A stretch of 40,850 nt of DNA from a virus (IMGVR_UViG_3300036520_000019:1-40850), one strand, 5' to 3'; shown: positions 10,601 through 19,246, counted from the first letter of the stretch. Made by a program: numbers and translations. Notes: generated from the letters alone by a model not told the origin.

Positions 10601-13149
10601 CGACCATCGAATGAATAGCCGTATTGACCGCCTGCGCGGGTTTCGCCTTTCGTCGCCTTGTGGATGGCAAGGATGGCGCCGATGCCCAGCGCAAGCGGAC
10701 CCAGCACTCCACCACCGGCGAGCAAGCCACCAAGCCCGGTGCCGCCAGGCGACAGCAGGCCGGCGGCATTGCCCAGCAGACTGCCGACCATGCTGCCGCC
10801 CGCGCTGGCGGCAACCTGACCGACCGCGCCGGTGGCGGCTTGACCAATGGCGCCGCCGATCATGTTCTGGATGCCGCCTGCAATCGGATTCATCACCGCA
10901 GAGATGACCGGACGCAGCACCAGCGTCTTGAACATATTCTTCAGCGAGTCGACCAGGTTCTTGCCGAACCCCTTACCGGACTCGAAGCCGCGCAGCAATG
11001 CGTCGGTCAATGACCGCTCGATTTCACTTGATGCGCGCTGCCATTCCTTTGCCGCGGCGTCTGCCGCTTTCAGCGCATCGGCGGCAATCTTTGCCGATGC
11101 GTCGCGTTCTTCCTTGTCAAGTTGCAAATCCTTCAGCCGCTGCAATGCCGACAATTGCAATTCCAGCGAACGGACTTCCCCCTCGTTCAGTTCGCGGGAC
11201 TGAAGCGCTGCCTGCGTCTTCGCAATGGACAGGTCGGTGACCGCCGAGCCGATCAGCCCGTAGGTGTCGAGTTCGCGTTCCAGTGCGCGCACCTGTTCCA
11301 GCACCCGGTCGGCATTGTCGTCGAATCGTTTCTGGATGGCGGCGGCGGCTCTTTCCGCTTCGGTCAGTTCTTCGCGTCGCGTGGTGGCAATTTCCAGTGC
11401 CAGCGCGGATTCCATGATCGCCTTGCGCAGCGCTTCGGTCGGCGCCTGCGCTGCCGCCTTGGCCGCTGCCATCATCTTCACCTGGTTGTTCGTCAGCCCG
11501 ACTTGCGCGGCTTCCAACTTCAGGTTTTCGATGAATGCGGTCGAGCTAGCAACCAGCTTGTCGTATTCGGATATGGTCGCGGCACCACCCTTGCCGCCGG
11601 TGTCCTTGCTGTCGCGCAGCACTGCGGCGATCGACGACGCACTGGCGCCGGTGGACCCGCCTGCTGCGCGCCGGTCGCTTGCGTCGGCATAACCGTCGCT
11701 GCCTTCGAGCGCACGCAGGCTTTGCATTTCCTGCAGCGACTTGCGCACGGTCTGCAGCTTCTTGATGTCTTCGTCTAGCGCGCCCTTGCCGAAGATGGAA
11801 AGTTCCTTGCGGGTTTCCAGCAAGGCAATCTGCCGGTCGGTGGCGCGGATCTGGTCGCCGTAATCCTGCCCGAACGCACCGCGCACAGTGATGCCGGCGG
11901 CAATCTTCATCTGCTCGATGAAGGAGCCGGAATGCTTCGTCGCTGCCAGGAAGCGTTCGATGACGTTGTTCAGCGCCGGAATCATGTTCGACGCCAGACC
12001 GTTGGCAGCGCTTGCCGCCAGCGTCCGCATGCGGTCGAGGTTGTCGTTGAACTCGGCGGCGTTCTTGATGGCGTCGCTGCCCATCACCGCGCCCAGCCGC
12101 TGCGCTTCCTCAGTCAGCTTTGCCAGCCCGGCCCGGCCTTCGTTCAGGGTCGGGATGAGGTCGGTGCCGCTCTTGCCGAACAGCTTGACAGCCAGCGCGG
12201 TCTTCGTCGCGCCATCTTCCAGCCCGGAAAATACTTCAGCCACATCGCCCAGCACATCCTCGGTGGCGCGCAGGTTGCCGGCTGCATCGGTGATCGCCAC
12301 ACCCATCGCTTTGAACACCGCAGCCTGTTCCTTGCCGCCGGTGGTGGCCTCGAACATATTGGTCTGCAGCTTCTTGAACGATGCCGCCATCACATCCAGC
12401 TCGATACCGGACATCTTGCCCGCATAGGCGAGTTCCTGCAGCGTTTTCGCATTGATGGACAGCTTTTGCGACAGTTCATCGAACTTGTCGAGCCGGTCGA
12501 CCGCCGCGCCAAGTTTATTCATGGCGCTGATTACCGTCTGGATAGTCGCAAATGCACCGATCGCATTCAGCGCTGCTGCACCGAAGCGCGACATGCCTTT
12601 GCCTGCGCGCTCGGCGGCTTCTTCGGCGGCGCGCATTTTCGCAATCATCGGGCCGGCGGCGTCCGACACGCCCAACTGCGCGGCGCGCAATGCGGCCAGC
12701 TCGGACGCGGTCTTGCCGATGCTGTCGGACTTGTTGCGCAGGTTGTCGAGGAACCGCGTGGATTCCTCCAGCTTCTTGTTCGCCTCGGCGGCAATCTTCG
12801 TGCGGTCGGCGGCTTCCTTCAGTGCAGCCAGGTAAGGTGCCAGCACCTTGGCATCTGCGCCGCGAGTGTTGGCCAGTGCCGCATAGTATTCCGCCGAACC
12901 CTTTGCACCAGCATTCATCGCAGCGGTTGCGCGCTGGATCGATTCGGCCAGGTTCTTCGTCGTCTTGTCGACCTTGGCCGCGGCCTTTTCGCCGCCGCTA
13001 CCCATCTTTTCAAGACCGTCGGCAGTCTGCTTGCCTACCTTTTCAGCAGTTTCACCGAGGCTTGTCAGGGAGCGCTTCGCCTTGCTGACACCGGCTTCGA
13101 CGCCGTCGGCGTTAGCGGTAAATTCTAGTTGCGCTTTTAAGTCAGACAT
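7621..13149 (-). CDS. Tape measure protein
   Basis: 1842 aa, Ala-rich helical; after tail chaperones; LFGKSG..LIPTLN and FAVGTNYLPQDM..HEGERIVP motifs. Confidence 0.95.
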   Translation of the reverse strand: MSDLKAQLEFTANADGVEAGVSKAKRSLTSLGETAEKVGKQTADGLEKMGSGGEKAAAKVDKTTKNLAESIQRATAAMNAGAKGSAEYYAALANTRGADAKVLAPYLAALKEAADRTKIAAEANKKLEESTRFLDNLRNKSDSIGKTASELAALRAAQLGVSDAAGPMIAKMRAAEEAAERAGKGMSRFGAAALNAIGAFATIQTVISAMNKLGAAVDRLDKFDELSQKLSINAKTLQELAYAGKMSGIELDVMAASFKKLQTNMFEATTGGKEQAAVFKAMGVAITDAAGNLRATEDVLGDVAEVFSGLEDGATKTALAVKLFGKSGTDLIPTLNEGRAGLAKLTEEAQRLGAVMGSDAIKNAAEFNDNLDRMRTLAASAANGLASNMIPALNNVIERFLAATKHSGSFIEQMKIAAGITVRGAFGQDYGDQIRATDRQIALLETRKELSIFGKGALDEDIKKLQTVRKSLQEMQSLRALEGSDGYADASDRRAAGGSTGASASSIAAVLRDSKDTGGKGGAATISEYDKLVASSTAFIENLKLEAAQVGLTNNQVKMMAAAKAAAQAPTEALRKAIMESALALEIATTRREELTEAERAAAAIQKRFDDNADRVLEQVRALERELDTYGLIGSAVTDLSIAKTQAALQSRELNEGEVRSLELQLSALQRLKDLQLDKEERDASAKIAADALKAADAAAKEWQRASSEIERSLTDALLRGFESGKGFGKNLVDSLKNMFKTLVLRPVISAVMNPIAGGIQNMIGGAIGQAATGAVGQVAASAGGSMVGSLLGNAAGLLSPGGTGLGGLLAGGGVLGPLALGIGAILAIHKATKGETRAGGQYGYSFDGRSVINNRRGEVLTAGGIGAQFLEGPSGGDPYAKEAKAAINGTVDSINAVLKAVGSQASLVGFQAAYETSGKGRGGVFAGGRLSTGAMFGESGEGSNYEGTLYESTSTQSPDAQTAIANFATDLKQATIQALQAANDIPKAIADVVANIDAEALSDDAAGQLLTTIDNITKGVTLLREGIALLPFDNLAGLSFDAAANLIKLAGGIDALAGGTSAFVQNFYTEAERMAKVAESVEKQMAALGQSSVDTKEEFRALVEGLDLAREADAKLYVELMKLAPAFASVEDYAKQAAEAVEETVKETVDAAKALNVAAAERLAMLERERDAIEEANAIIGDLSATLESLAKPAARAAMASNTYGLTAQEQEKFGNFVGFLDQANDALADIVALGFPAAMAAQLAEAQNLMREGTRMLVAGLVPDRLRAGNGAGALGAQMMVDGPDPSGYFARGDISGYNRAAILARARTGSNLAGQASADALNIQNVAQVIRDLMAPTRDEDLFQIVRKSVSDGYGIGQPGRSGAGLFDLLNFETQRSIEDQYLPTGPGIAGVQRAQILGARAGSDAGLTEYNRAISQIKQAHHIGALTADEYAEALEVANEIGEKYIISAEDRAFAVEAAARNIQRAGLDSIAYYFDQIGQSVAAMTEAAAAANEPIALATAAIGRLTSTAYVFGESAKAAQGGDFTASENASVRNAALVAEAAKIAAAAMTTQDAARVAEQLKGKDAFKGLGSDAVRDVSLLLDGVREYDSASFEKAFAKINNALANGTLSEGQYAELFSLGLELFTGPDKEANKLTDAFASLRKAAESLADSLLVDDVRSTLNPQQMIAEARRQYEEAVAGSRNGDTDAIAKLDGVTRNLLDVLQANAASGLEYKTSFAGIIATLRELEKLNGGPVGSKFALPGFAVGTNYLPQDMALYAHEGERIVPAADNRAIIAALRGNSGNDKVEARLAQLEAVLRDISAETRASAQHGSRLTKLIERAMPDGDALAIREATT

Positions 13150-13163
13150 AAGTCCTCGGTGAT

Positions 13164-13484
13164 CTAGTCTTTTTCATGCATTGCTTCGAGCGCTGCGCCT
13201 TCCAGCACGGTGATTTCATATTCCAGTTCGTCGTAGCGGGACGGCGTCAGGTTCATGCGGTCCATCATCCGGAACAAGACATTGAAATCCAGCCCGGTCG
13301 CACCATTCATGCCGGTGCGCCATTGCCGGCCCATGCGCTGGAACAGGATGACCGCATCCCAATTGTCCGGCCACACTTCGACCGGATCTTCCTCGAAGTC
13401 TTCCGGTGCGAAGCCGCTGGCGGCGATTTCTTCGGCGGATGGCGGACGCTTGTAGAGCGCCCGCGCCGCCTCTTTCAGTTTCCC
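13164..13484 (-). CDS. Tail assembly chaperone, -1 frameshift extension (gpT-like)
   Basis: -1 frame open from GGGAAAC into WPDNW..QWRTGMNGATGLDF. Confidence 0.85.
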   Translation of the reverse strand, partial: GKLKEAARALYKRPPSAEEIAASGFAPEDFEEDPVEVWPDNWDAVILFQRMGRQWRTGMNGATGLDFNVLFRMMDRMNLTPSRYDELEYEITVLEGAALEAMHEKD

Positions 13485-13792
13485 AGCCGTGCCGCGGTCA
13501 GTTCGGCGATGTAGCGCTCGATAATGGCGCGTGCGGCCCCGATGTAGATCTGATCCATCTTCTCGACGGCGTCGCGGTTGAATGCGTCTTCCAGATCCCA
13601 GCCGCTGATGATGTCCATCAGAACGTCAATGTCGTCGCGCCCTGCCAGTGCGTTGATGAATTCCTTGAATTCGTCCTTGGTGCGACCCTTCATTGTGAAT
13701 TCGACGACGGCAGGCTGGCCACCTGGTACGGGGATGGCAACCTTGGATTTGAAGGTCGGAGCGGCGGTCAATACGAGTTTTGGCTTAGCCAT
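13475..13792 (-). CDS. Tail assembly chaperone (gpG-like)
   Basis: Between major tail and TMP genes; ends RLGN at the slippery site. Confidence 0.88.
   Translation of the reverse strand: MAKPKLVLTAAPTFKSKVAIPVPGGQPAVVEFTMKGRTKDEFKEFINALAGRDDIDVLMDIISGWDLEDAFNRDAVEKMDQIYIGAARAIIERYIAELTAARLGN
13478..13484 (-). other. Programmed -1 frameshift slippery heptamer G GGA AAC
   Basis: X XXY YYZ heptamer immediately before the TGA of the chaperone gene; -1 frame is open. Confidence 0.88.
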
Positions 13793-13903
13793 GATGTTGT
13801 TACCTTTCGCGGGATAAAACTATGCCCGTGCCGAGCCGCTGCTTCCCGCGAAGGAAGACAGCAGCCCGGTCGGTGCCTGGTGATGGGCTAAAAGCCCGGG
13901 GGA

Positions 13904-14551
13904 TTAAGACGCGTAGCGTGTCGAACGGTTGTTACCGTTGACGGACAGGACCACCTGGTTGATGTTGCCGTCGTTAACGGTGACTTCTTCGTTCAGCGCA
14001 ACGGTGCATGGACGGTAGACCTTGGAGCCATTGCGGGAAACCATCAGCACGCAGGTGTCGGTCTGCACATCGGTCAGCGTCTTCGCTGCGTTGTAGCCAG
14101 CGGTGCCGATCATGTCAGCATCGATGTTCAGCGTGCCGTTGACCGGGTTGAAACCGTCGTTGATGCTCGACTGCACATCCGATTCGAGGTACTTGTAGCT
14201 GACGTTGATCGGGTCGCCGCCGCTGAAGCTGGTCGCCAGCACGCCGGTGATCTGCGTGAAGGTGTTGACCTTGCGAACCGAACCGATGCCCTGACCAGCC
14301 GGGAAGAAGTTCAGGCTGGATGTGTCCATGCCTTCGAGAACGAAGGTGTTCGCTGCGGCAGTCTTGACGCGGGCGATGCGCTTGTGCAGGCGACCCCAGC
14401 CGCTGGTAACTTCAACGATGTCGCCGTTGGCCAGACCGTGCGCCGTTGCAGTCACGACTGCCTCGGCTGCGTTGGAAACGATGGTTGTGGGGATCGCAGC
14501 AGCGTAAGCCGATGCGATGAAGAAGGTGGTGCCGGTTGGTACGGATGCCAT
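13904..14551 (-). CDS. Major tail tube protein
   Basis: Start MASVPTG with AAAGG SD; HGLANGDIVEVTSGWGRL motif; position. Confidence 0.88.
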   Translation of the reverse strand: MASVPTGTTFFIASAYAAAIPTTIVSNAAEAVVTATAHGLANGDIVEVTSGWGRLHKRIARVKTAAANTFVLEGMDTSSLNFFPAGQGIGSVRKVNTFTQITGVLATSFSGGDPINVSYKYLESDVQSSINDGFNPVNGTLNIDADMIGTAGYNAAKTLTDVQTDTCVLMVSRNGSKVYRPCTVALNEEVTVNDGNINQVVLSVNGNNRSTRYAS

Positions 14552-14673
14552 TTGAAACGCCTTTCTTGCCCGAACGGGCATAAAAAAGCCCCTTTAGGGG
14601 GCAAGAAAAAAGCCGCAGCGGACGATCCGATGCGGCTTTATGGGGATGCCCTTGCGGGCGGATTCACTACTTT

Positions 14674-15024
14674 TTAGCGGGAACTCCAGATGCTGAAGTC
14701 CTGCCGCGAACCATACAATTCTTCGTCCATCGTCGACACCGATGCGCCCAGCGCTTTGGTCTGGAACATCGTGGTGGTGACCAGCGCGGCTTCCACCTGC
14801 TTGATAAGTGCCTTTGCAGCCATGCGGGTGTCTGCCCACACAGCAATCTGGAAGCGTGCGTTTTCCTGGTCAGGCAGCGTGTTCTCGACATAGGCGATGG
14901 ATTCGCCGCCCGCCTGCTGATAAACGATGTACGGGCGAGCGGTATCGGCTGGTGCGCGATCCGGATAGACGCGGTTGCCGGCCAGCCCCTTCAGCAGGTT
15001 GAAAATATCCGATTCGACTGTCAT
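14674..15024 (-). CDS. Tail terminator (DUF3168-like)
   Basis: RVYPDRAP..PYIVYQ..RFQIAVWA motifs. Confidence 0.85.
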   Translation of the reverse strand: MTVESDIFNLLKGLAGNRVYPDRAPADTARPYIVYQQAGGESIAYVENTLPDQENARFQIAVWADTRMAAKALIKQVEAALVTTTMFQTKALGASVSTMDEELYGSRQDFSIWSSR

Positions 15025-15461
15025 GTTGCCTTCCGAAGGAGTTGTTGCACGCCAGCGGCAAGCCGATCCCGCGCCACTTCCAGCGCTGCCTTGTGCGCGG
15101 CGTCGTATGCCGGACGAAGGAATGGCTGCGCCTCCATGCGCGATGTGCCGAATTCGATCAGGTGGCCGTGCGGTGCCTTGCGGCGGTTCCAGCTGATGTG
15201 ATAAGTCGCCTGCCCTGCGCGGCTGTTGTCGTCGCTGTATGCCTGGTAAATCGACGCCTTCAGCGTGCCGGGCTGGTATGTCTTGCCCTTGACGGTGCGC
15301 GCCTCTTTTGCCACCGGCACCCGCTGAAGCACTTCGCGGTAAAGCACCTGCGCGCCAGCCTGCGCGGCGGGCCGAACGTGTTCCTTGACGCCATCGGCAA
15401 GGTTGTCGAGCGCAGCATTGATGCCGGACAGGTCGAAATCGATCTTGAAGGCGTCAGCCAT
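15021..15461 (-). CDS. HK97 gp10 family tail component
   Basis: GTLKASI..HLIEFGTSRMEAQPFLRPAYD. Confidence 0.9.
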   Translation of the reverse strand: MADAFKIDFDLSGINAALDNLADGVKEHVRPAAQAGAQVLYREVLQRVPVAKEARTVKGKTYQPGTLKASIYQAYSDDNSRAGQATYHISWNRRKAPHGHLIEFGTSRMEAQPFLRPAYDAAHKAALEVARDRLAAGVQQLLRKAT

Positions 15462-15777
15462 TGATCACCACGCATTCAAGGTCGACATATTCCCTTGTCT
15501 TCAGGTCCGGCAACACCGCTGCGATGTCGTACAACACTCCATTGCTCAACACGCGCATTCCTGCGGTGATGCCGGTTCTGTAGGGGATGCGCCTGCTGAT
15601 TTTCACCGTCGAGGTCGGCGCATTAGCCTTGATCGATTCCAGCCCGTTCAATCCGCGAGGGTCAGCCCACACCTTCGCAAATTCGGCCCAGTCAGCAGCT
15701 GCCGGCTGGCCAATCGCATCAACACTTGACCCTTGCTGCAGAATGGTTATTCGTTCGGTGAAGTTGCGCGGATCCAT
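15454..15777 (-). CDS. Head closure / head-tail adaptor
   Basis: Start MDPRNFTERITILQ; ITAGMRV..YDIAAVLPD; TAATG coupling to upstream gene. Confidence 0.88.
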   Translation of the reverse strand: MDPRNFTERITILQQGSSVDAIGQPAAADWAEFAKVWADPRGLNGLESIKANAPTSTVKISRRIPYRTGITAGMRVLSNGVLYDIAAVLPDLKTREYVDLECVVING

Positions 15778-16337
15778 TACAGGCTCCAAATCTTGAATGG
15801 ATGGAGCAGGCTTTCGATGAACGAAGTCTGGATGCCGTCCTTCAGCGCGGCGTTCGGTCGGTACTGTTCCATCAGCTTGGCCAGCAGATACATTTTGATG
15901 CCGTGCGGCACCGCTGCCTGAGTGGCGCCGTAGCCCGCGACATACTCGACATTCACCGCGTTGATGCGCGCCATCGTGGCAGGCCATTCGACGCCGTCAG
16001 CCGGCACGATGTAACCCGGTTCGCTGACCGTGTCCACGATATAGTCTGCAGGGTCAAGCGTCTGCTCGGCACCGTCTTCGTCGATGTACTTGACCGACGA
16101 AACCGACACGATCGGCGGGAAGTCCAGCCGGATGGCGTCAGGGAATGCATCAAGCGTGCACCTCCATGTCTGCGTCAGGATCGACCGCCCCATCTGATGC
16201 TCGGCATGGGCGGTGATGCCGCGGATCCACGCTTCCACCATTGCATCCTGGTCGTCGCCGTCGATGCGTAAATGCGCCTTTGCGTCCGCCAGCGTGACCG
16301 CCAGTTCAGTCGCCGGTGTTATCAGTCGGGTGGTCAT
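15777..16337 (-). CDS. Head-tail connector (gp6-like)
   Basis: VTLADAKAHLRID..YVAGYG..VP motifs; AAGGA SD. Confidence 0.9.
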   Translation of the reverse strand: MTTRLITPATELAVTLADAKAHLRIDGDDQDAMVEAWIRGITAHAEHQMGRSILTQTWRCTLDAFPDAIRLDFPPIVSVSSVKYIDEDGAEQTLDPADYIVDTVSEPGYIVPADGVEWPATMARINAVNVEYVAGYGATQAAVPHGIKMYLLAKLMEQYRPNAALKDGIQTSFIESLLHPFKIWSL

Positions 16338-17617
16338 CGGTTGTTCCTTTGTAGTGCTGCTGCCCGGCTTGACGATTCGCTGCCGGGCCGTGTGATGGTC
16401 CTGCGCGCTGGCGCATATCCGCCGCCTGCTGGCGCACGCGCATAGTTCAGCACCGACAGGATGGCGAACGATGCAGCCAGGTCGCGGTAGACACTGCCGC
16501 TGATGCTGTACGCGCAAGCCAGATCGACATTGACCGCCACGGTGCCGTTGAGAACCGCATAGGATGCAGCCAGATCGGAGGCCACCAACTGGAAAATGCC
16601 ATACGCGGCGGACAGGTCGGACGACACCAGCGAAACCGAGCTGGCGATGCTGTAGCTGGCGGCGAGGTCTGCGCTGACCGGCGTGGTGGACGCTTCGACC
16701 GCATAGGACGCCACCAGGTCATTGCTGACCGACTGCACAATCGCATAGCTGGCGGGAAGGTCTGCACTGACGGAGGCAACCACGCCATACGATGCGGCAA
16801 GGTCGGTTGATACGGTGCCGGTAATGGCATACGATGCGGCGAGGTCGGCGGATACCGGTGATTCGCCGTTTGACGCAACCGGCTCCACCCATATGCGGCG
16901 GCTTGGCGCCTTAAATACTTGCCACGGGTTGTCAGAAAAAGCGCGCTTTTCGTTGTCTGTCCATGCGCGGTTGGCCACGCCCACCATCTGAATCGGTCGC
17001 GCCCAGGATGGCCAGAATGGACCGCCGCCGATGCAGAAATTCGCATCCGTGGTATTGATCGTTCCAGTGTTATTCGCCCGCGATGCGCCATTCATCCAGA
17101 TATTTATGGTGGTGCCGTTCTGCGTACAGATAAAAATTACCTGACCGTTTTCAGGCACTTCGCAGGTGAAATCGACGGATACAACGCCCCAAATATTCAG
17201 ACGCCAGCCACCAGTGCCGCCGTTCCTGCGCAGCGTCCAGTCTTGCCCCGATGACGGCACGCCCAGCGTGAAGATTGCTTCCGTGTCGGCCATCGGGTCC
17301 ATCGACGCCACGCCATAGATGGTTCGATTGCTTGAACCACTGACACCAAGCGAAGATGCAAGCCGCCCGGTATTGATCTGGCGGCTGGTATTCGATGCCG
17401 ACCGAAGACCACGCCCAGCCGGGCCGGTTGCTGAAAAATAGTTCCCCGCCGCATCCGAAAACGTGCCGGTAATCCCGGTAACCAAGTCGCGGATGTCGAG
17501 CCCGTTCTGGAATGACCATAGCCCGGTTGTGCCTCTCAGCAGCGGGTTCGACAGGTCGAGCGGCGCCGGTTGCTGCGGTTGCTGGCTGAACCGGCGCGGC
17601 AGAATCAGTGCCGCCAT
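16334..17617 (-). CDS. LamG/concanavalin-like domain protein with C-terminal repeats (putative head/neck fibre)
   Basis: IWMNG..FCIGG..NRAWTDNE LamG-like signature; nine VSxDLxASYxI repeats. Confidence 0.75.
   Translation of the reverse strand: MAALILPRRFSQQPQQPAPLDLSNPLLRGTTGLWSFQNGLDIRDLVTGITGTFSDAAGNYFSATGPAGRGLRSASNTSRQINTGRLASSLGVSGSSNRTIYGVASMDPMADTEAIFTLGVPSSGQDWTLRRNGGTGGWRLNIWGVVSVDFTCEVPENGQVIFICTQNGTTINIWMNGASRANNTGTINTTDANFCIGGGPFWPSWARPIQMVGVANRAWTDNEKRAFSDNPWQVFKAPSRRIWVEPVASNGESPVSADLAASYAITGTVSTDLAASYGVVASVSADLPASYAIVQSVSNDLVASYAVEASTTPVSADLAASYSIASSVSLVSSDLSAAYGIFQLVASDLAASYAVLNGTVAVNVDLACAYSISGSVYRDLAASFAILSVLNYARAPAGGGYAPARRTITRPGSESSSRAAALQRNNR
16451..16855 (-). repeat. 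Nine degenerate coding repeats (42 or 51 bp; 14 or 17 aa)
   Basis: VSADLAASYAITGT, VSTDLAASYGVVAS, VSADLPASYAIVQS ... VYRDLAASFAILSV. Confidence 0.9.
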
Positions 17618-18067
17618 TTAGACCACCGTGCCGCTGACTTCCGCCGTGTGAATCGTGCCGGTCGTGAATGCTGCGCCGGAATCATTCTTGACCACGAATT
17701 TCAGATACGGCGGCAACACACCGCCAAAAGCCGCCGCGACAGAAAACGCCTTGCGCTGTAAGGTGGCATTCGTCGGCAATGGCAGTGTGCCGATGAGCGT
17801 CAAAACCGCTTCATCGGTGGTCGTCGTGCCGCTTGCCGGGCCAGTCTGGAAATTGGTATTGTCGAGCGAAGCCTGCGCAAACAGAACCGCCTGCTTGTTG
17901 CCAGCAACCGTGCCAGGCGTAATCGCCAGTTCCACGATGACATCGAGCGGGTCATTTGCCGACACATCCAGCACGTTGCTGGCGACGTATGTAGCACTGG
18001 CCAGCGTCGAAAGGCCGGTTGCGGTCAGCGCGGTGCGGGTGCCGACTTCTTGTTTGACGGTTGCCAT
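17618..18067 (-). CDS. Putative virion structural protein (beta-rich)
   Basis: 149 aa, Thr/Ala/Val rich; abuts neighbours in the head operon. Confidence 0.75.
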   Translation of the reverse strand: MATVKQEVGTRTALTATGLSTLASATYVASNVLDVSANDPLDVIVELAITPGTVAGNKQAVLFAQASLDNTNFQTGPASGTTTTDEAVLTLIGTLPLPTNATLQRKAFSVAAAFGGVLPPYLKFVVKNDSGAAFTTGTIHTAEVSGTVV

Positions 18068-18523
18068 TTATGACTCCAATGCGGTACGAAGGTCGGCTTC
18101 TGTCACGACGCCAAATCCAAGAACGGCGGCGCGACTGGCTGGCTGCAATGCCATGTCCTTCAGCGCCTTGCCTTCGGCAGCAGTCAGCACATTCCCGGCA
18201 ACCAGTTGATTAATCATTGCCTGCGTTGCCGGATTGCCGACATCAATGCCTGCATCCTGCGACAGAAAGCGAACCGCCCATTTCACGGCGGACAGGTTTG
18301 CCGCAGCGGCTTCGAGCTTGTCGAGAATGACGGAAGCGCCCGGCCCGCATTCGGCCAGGATGGCGCGAGCTGTCACCATGCGCGACTTGACGCCGCTTTC
18401 GGTGTCAGCGTTGAGCAATTCCACGACGCGACCAGGCGATGCCGGAAGATACGCGGCATAGCCTTTGCCGGTCGGGTCCGCTTGCACTTCGGCTTTCAAT
18501 GCCGCCAGTTGTTGAGCGTTCAT
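18068..18523 (-). CDS. Hypothetical helical protein in the head module
   Basis: Start MNAQQLAAL at 18523; abuts neighbours. Confidence 0.75.
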   Translation of the reverse strand: MNAQQLAALKAEVQADPTGKGYAAYLPASPGRVVELLNADTESGVKSRMVTARAILAECGPGASVILDKLEAAAANLSAVKWAVRFLSQDAGIDVGNPATQAMINQLVAGNVLTAAEGKALKDMALQPASRAAVLGFGVVTEADLRTALES

Positions 18524-18524
18524 G

Positions 18525-19019
18525 TTAAGCCGCCGTGTCGCCTTCGACGCGGATGGTGAAGCTGTCCGACGCTGCTGCCGCTGCTGCGGTGACCGTGCGG
18601 CGCAACCATACGGCGCGATGCTGGCCAGCCGGGATATTGCCCAGCGCAACGCCTGCGCCCTTCGTCGCGGCGGCGGCAAACGTCACGCCCGATGGCGCGG
18701 TGTTTTCGTCGGCAACGGTCTGTTCTGTTGCGTTGATGGCGGAGGTTCCCAGCCCTGCTTCCACAACGGTCGATGCGCTCGGCGTATTGACCGGAAGCCA
18801 CAGCACCGCATTGTTCAGCGACAGGGAACCGTGGTTATTGTGGACATAGATGCAGCGGTATTCGATGTCGCCTGCCGACGATTCCGCCGAACTGACATCA
18901 TCGAAAATCGCAGCCGTTGCGGCATTGCTCGACTTTGCGCCGCCCAGTGATGCGGATTGCGTCGAATTGGCCGCGCCGCCAGAAAGACGGTACAGAATGT
19001 CGGTCGTCAGAATGGGCAT
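18525..19019 (-). CDS. Putative virion structural protein (beta-sandwich-like)
   Basis: AAGGA SD; SLGG..FDDVS..EYRCIYVHN..AVWLRRTV. Confidence 0.8.
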   Translation of the reverse strand: MPILTTDILYRLSGGAANSTQSASLGGAKSSNAATAAIFDDVSSAESSAGDIEYRCIYVHNNHGSLSLNNAVLWLPVNTPSASTVVEAGLGTSAINATEQTVADENTAPSGVTFAAAATKGAGVALGNIPAGQHRAVWLRRTVTAAAAAASDSFTIRVEGDTAA

Positions 19020-19028
19020 GATGATTCC

Positions 19029-19211
19029 TTATTGCTTGTTTGCCTTGGCCGCTTTGACAGCGTCCGGGTGCGGGTCGAGCATGCCGTGTTCAACGCCGAT
19101 CTCAGCATCAGCGGCGGACACCTCGACGACATCGCCGACCTTGCCGAAATGGCAGTCGCGCAACACGGCGGCTTCAGTGGCGCTCTGTTTCGGATCTTTT
19201 TTCGTTGCCAT
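19029..19211 (-). CDS. Small capsid-associated protein
   Basis: GGAGA SD; 60 aa directly after MCP; GDVVEV motif. Confidence 0.75.
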   Translation of the reverse strand: MATKKDPKQSATEAAVLRDCHFGKVGDVVEVSAADAEIGVEHGMLDPHPDAVKAAKANKQ

Positions 19212-19222
19212 GTTGTTCTCCG

Positions 19223-19246
19223 AAAAAGGGGGCCGAAGCCCCCCTT
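19223..19246 (-). terminator. Intrinsic terminator after the major capsid gene
   Basis: AAAGGGGGC-TTCG-GCCCCCTTTTT. Confidence 0.75.

Noticed and set aside
8455-13128. Long + strand ORFs (593 aa, 398 aa and others) opposite the TMP gene
   Set aside because: Antisense shadows of a GC-rich, codon-biased gene; no SD or recognisable motifs
16451-16855. Repeats as a CRISPR array or DGR template
   Set aside because: In-frame degenerate coding repeats without spacers; no cas or reverse transcriptase gene in the window
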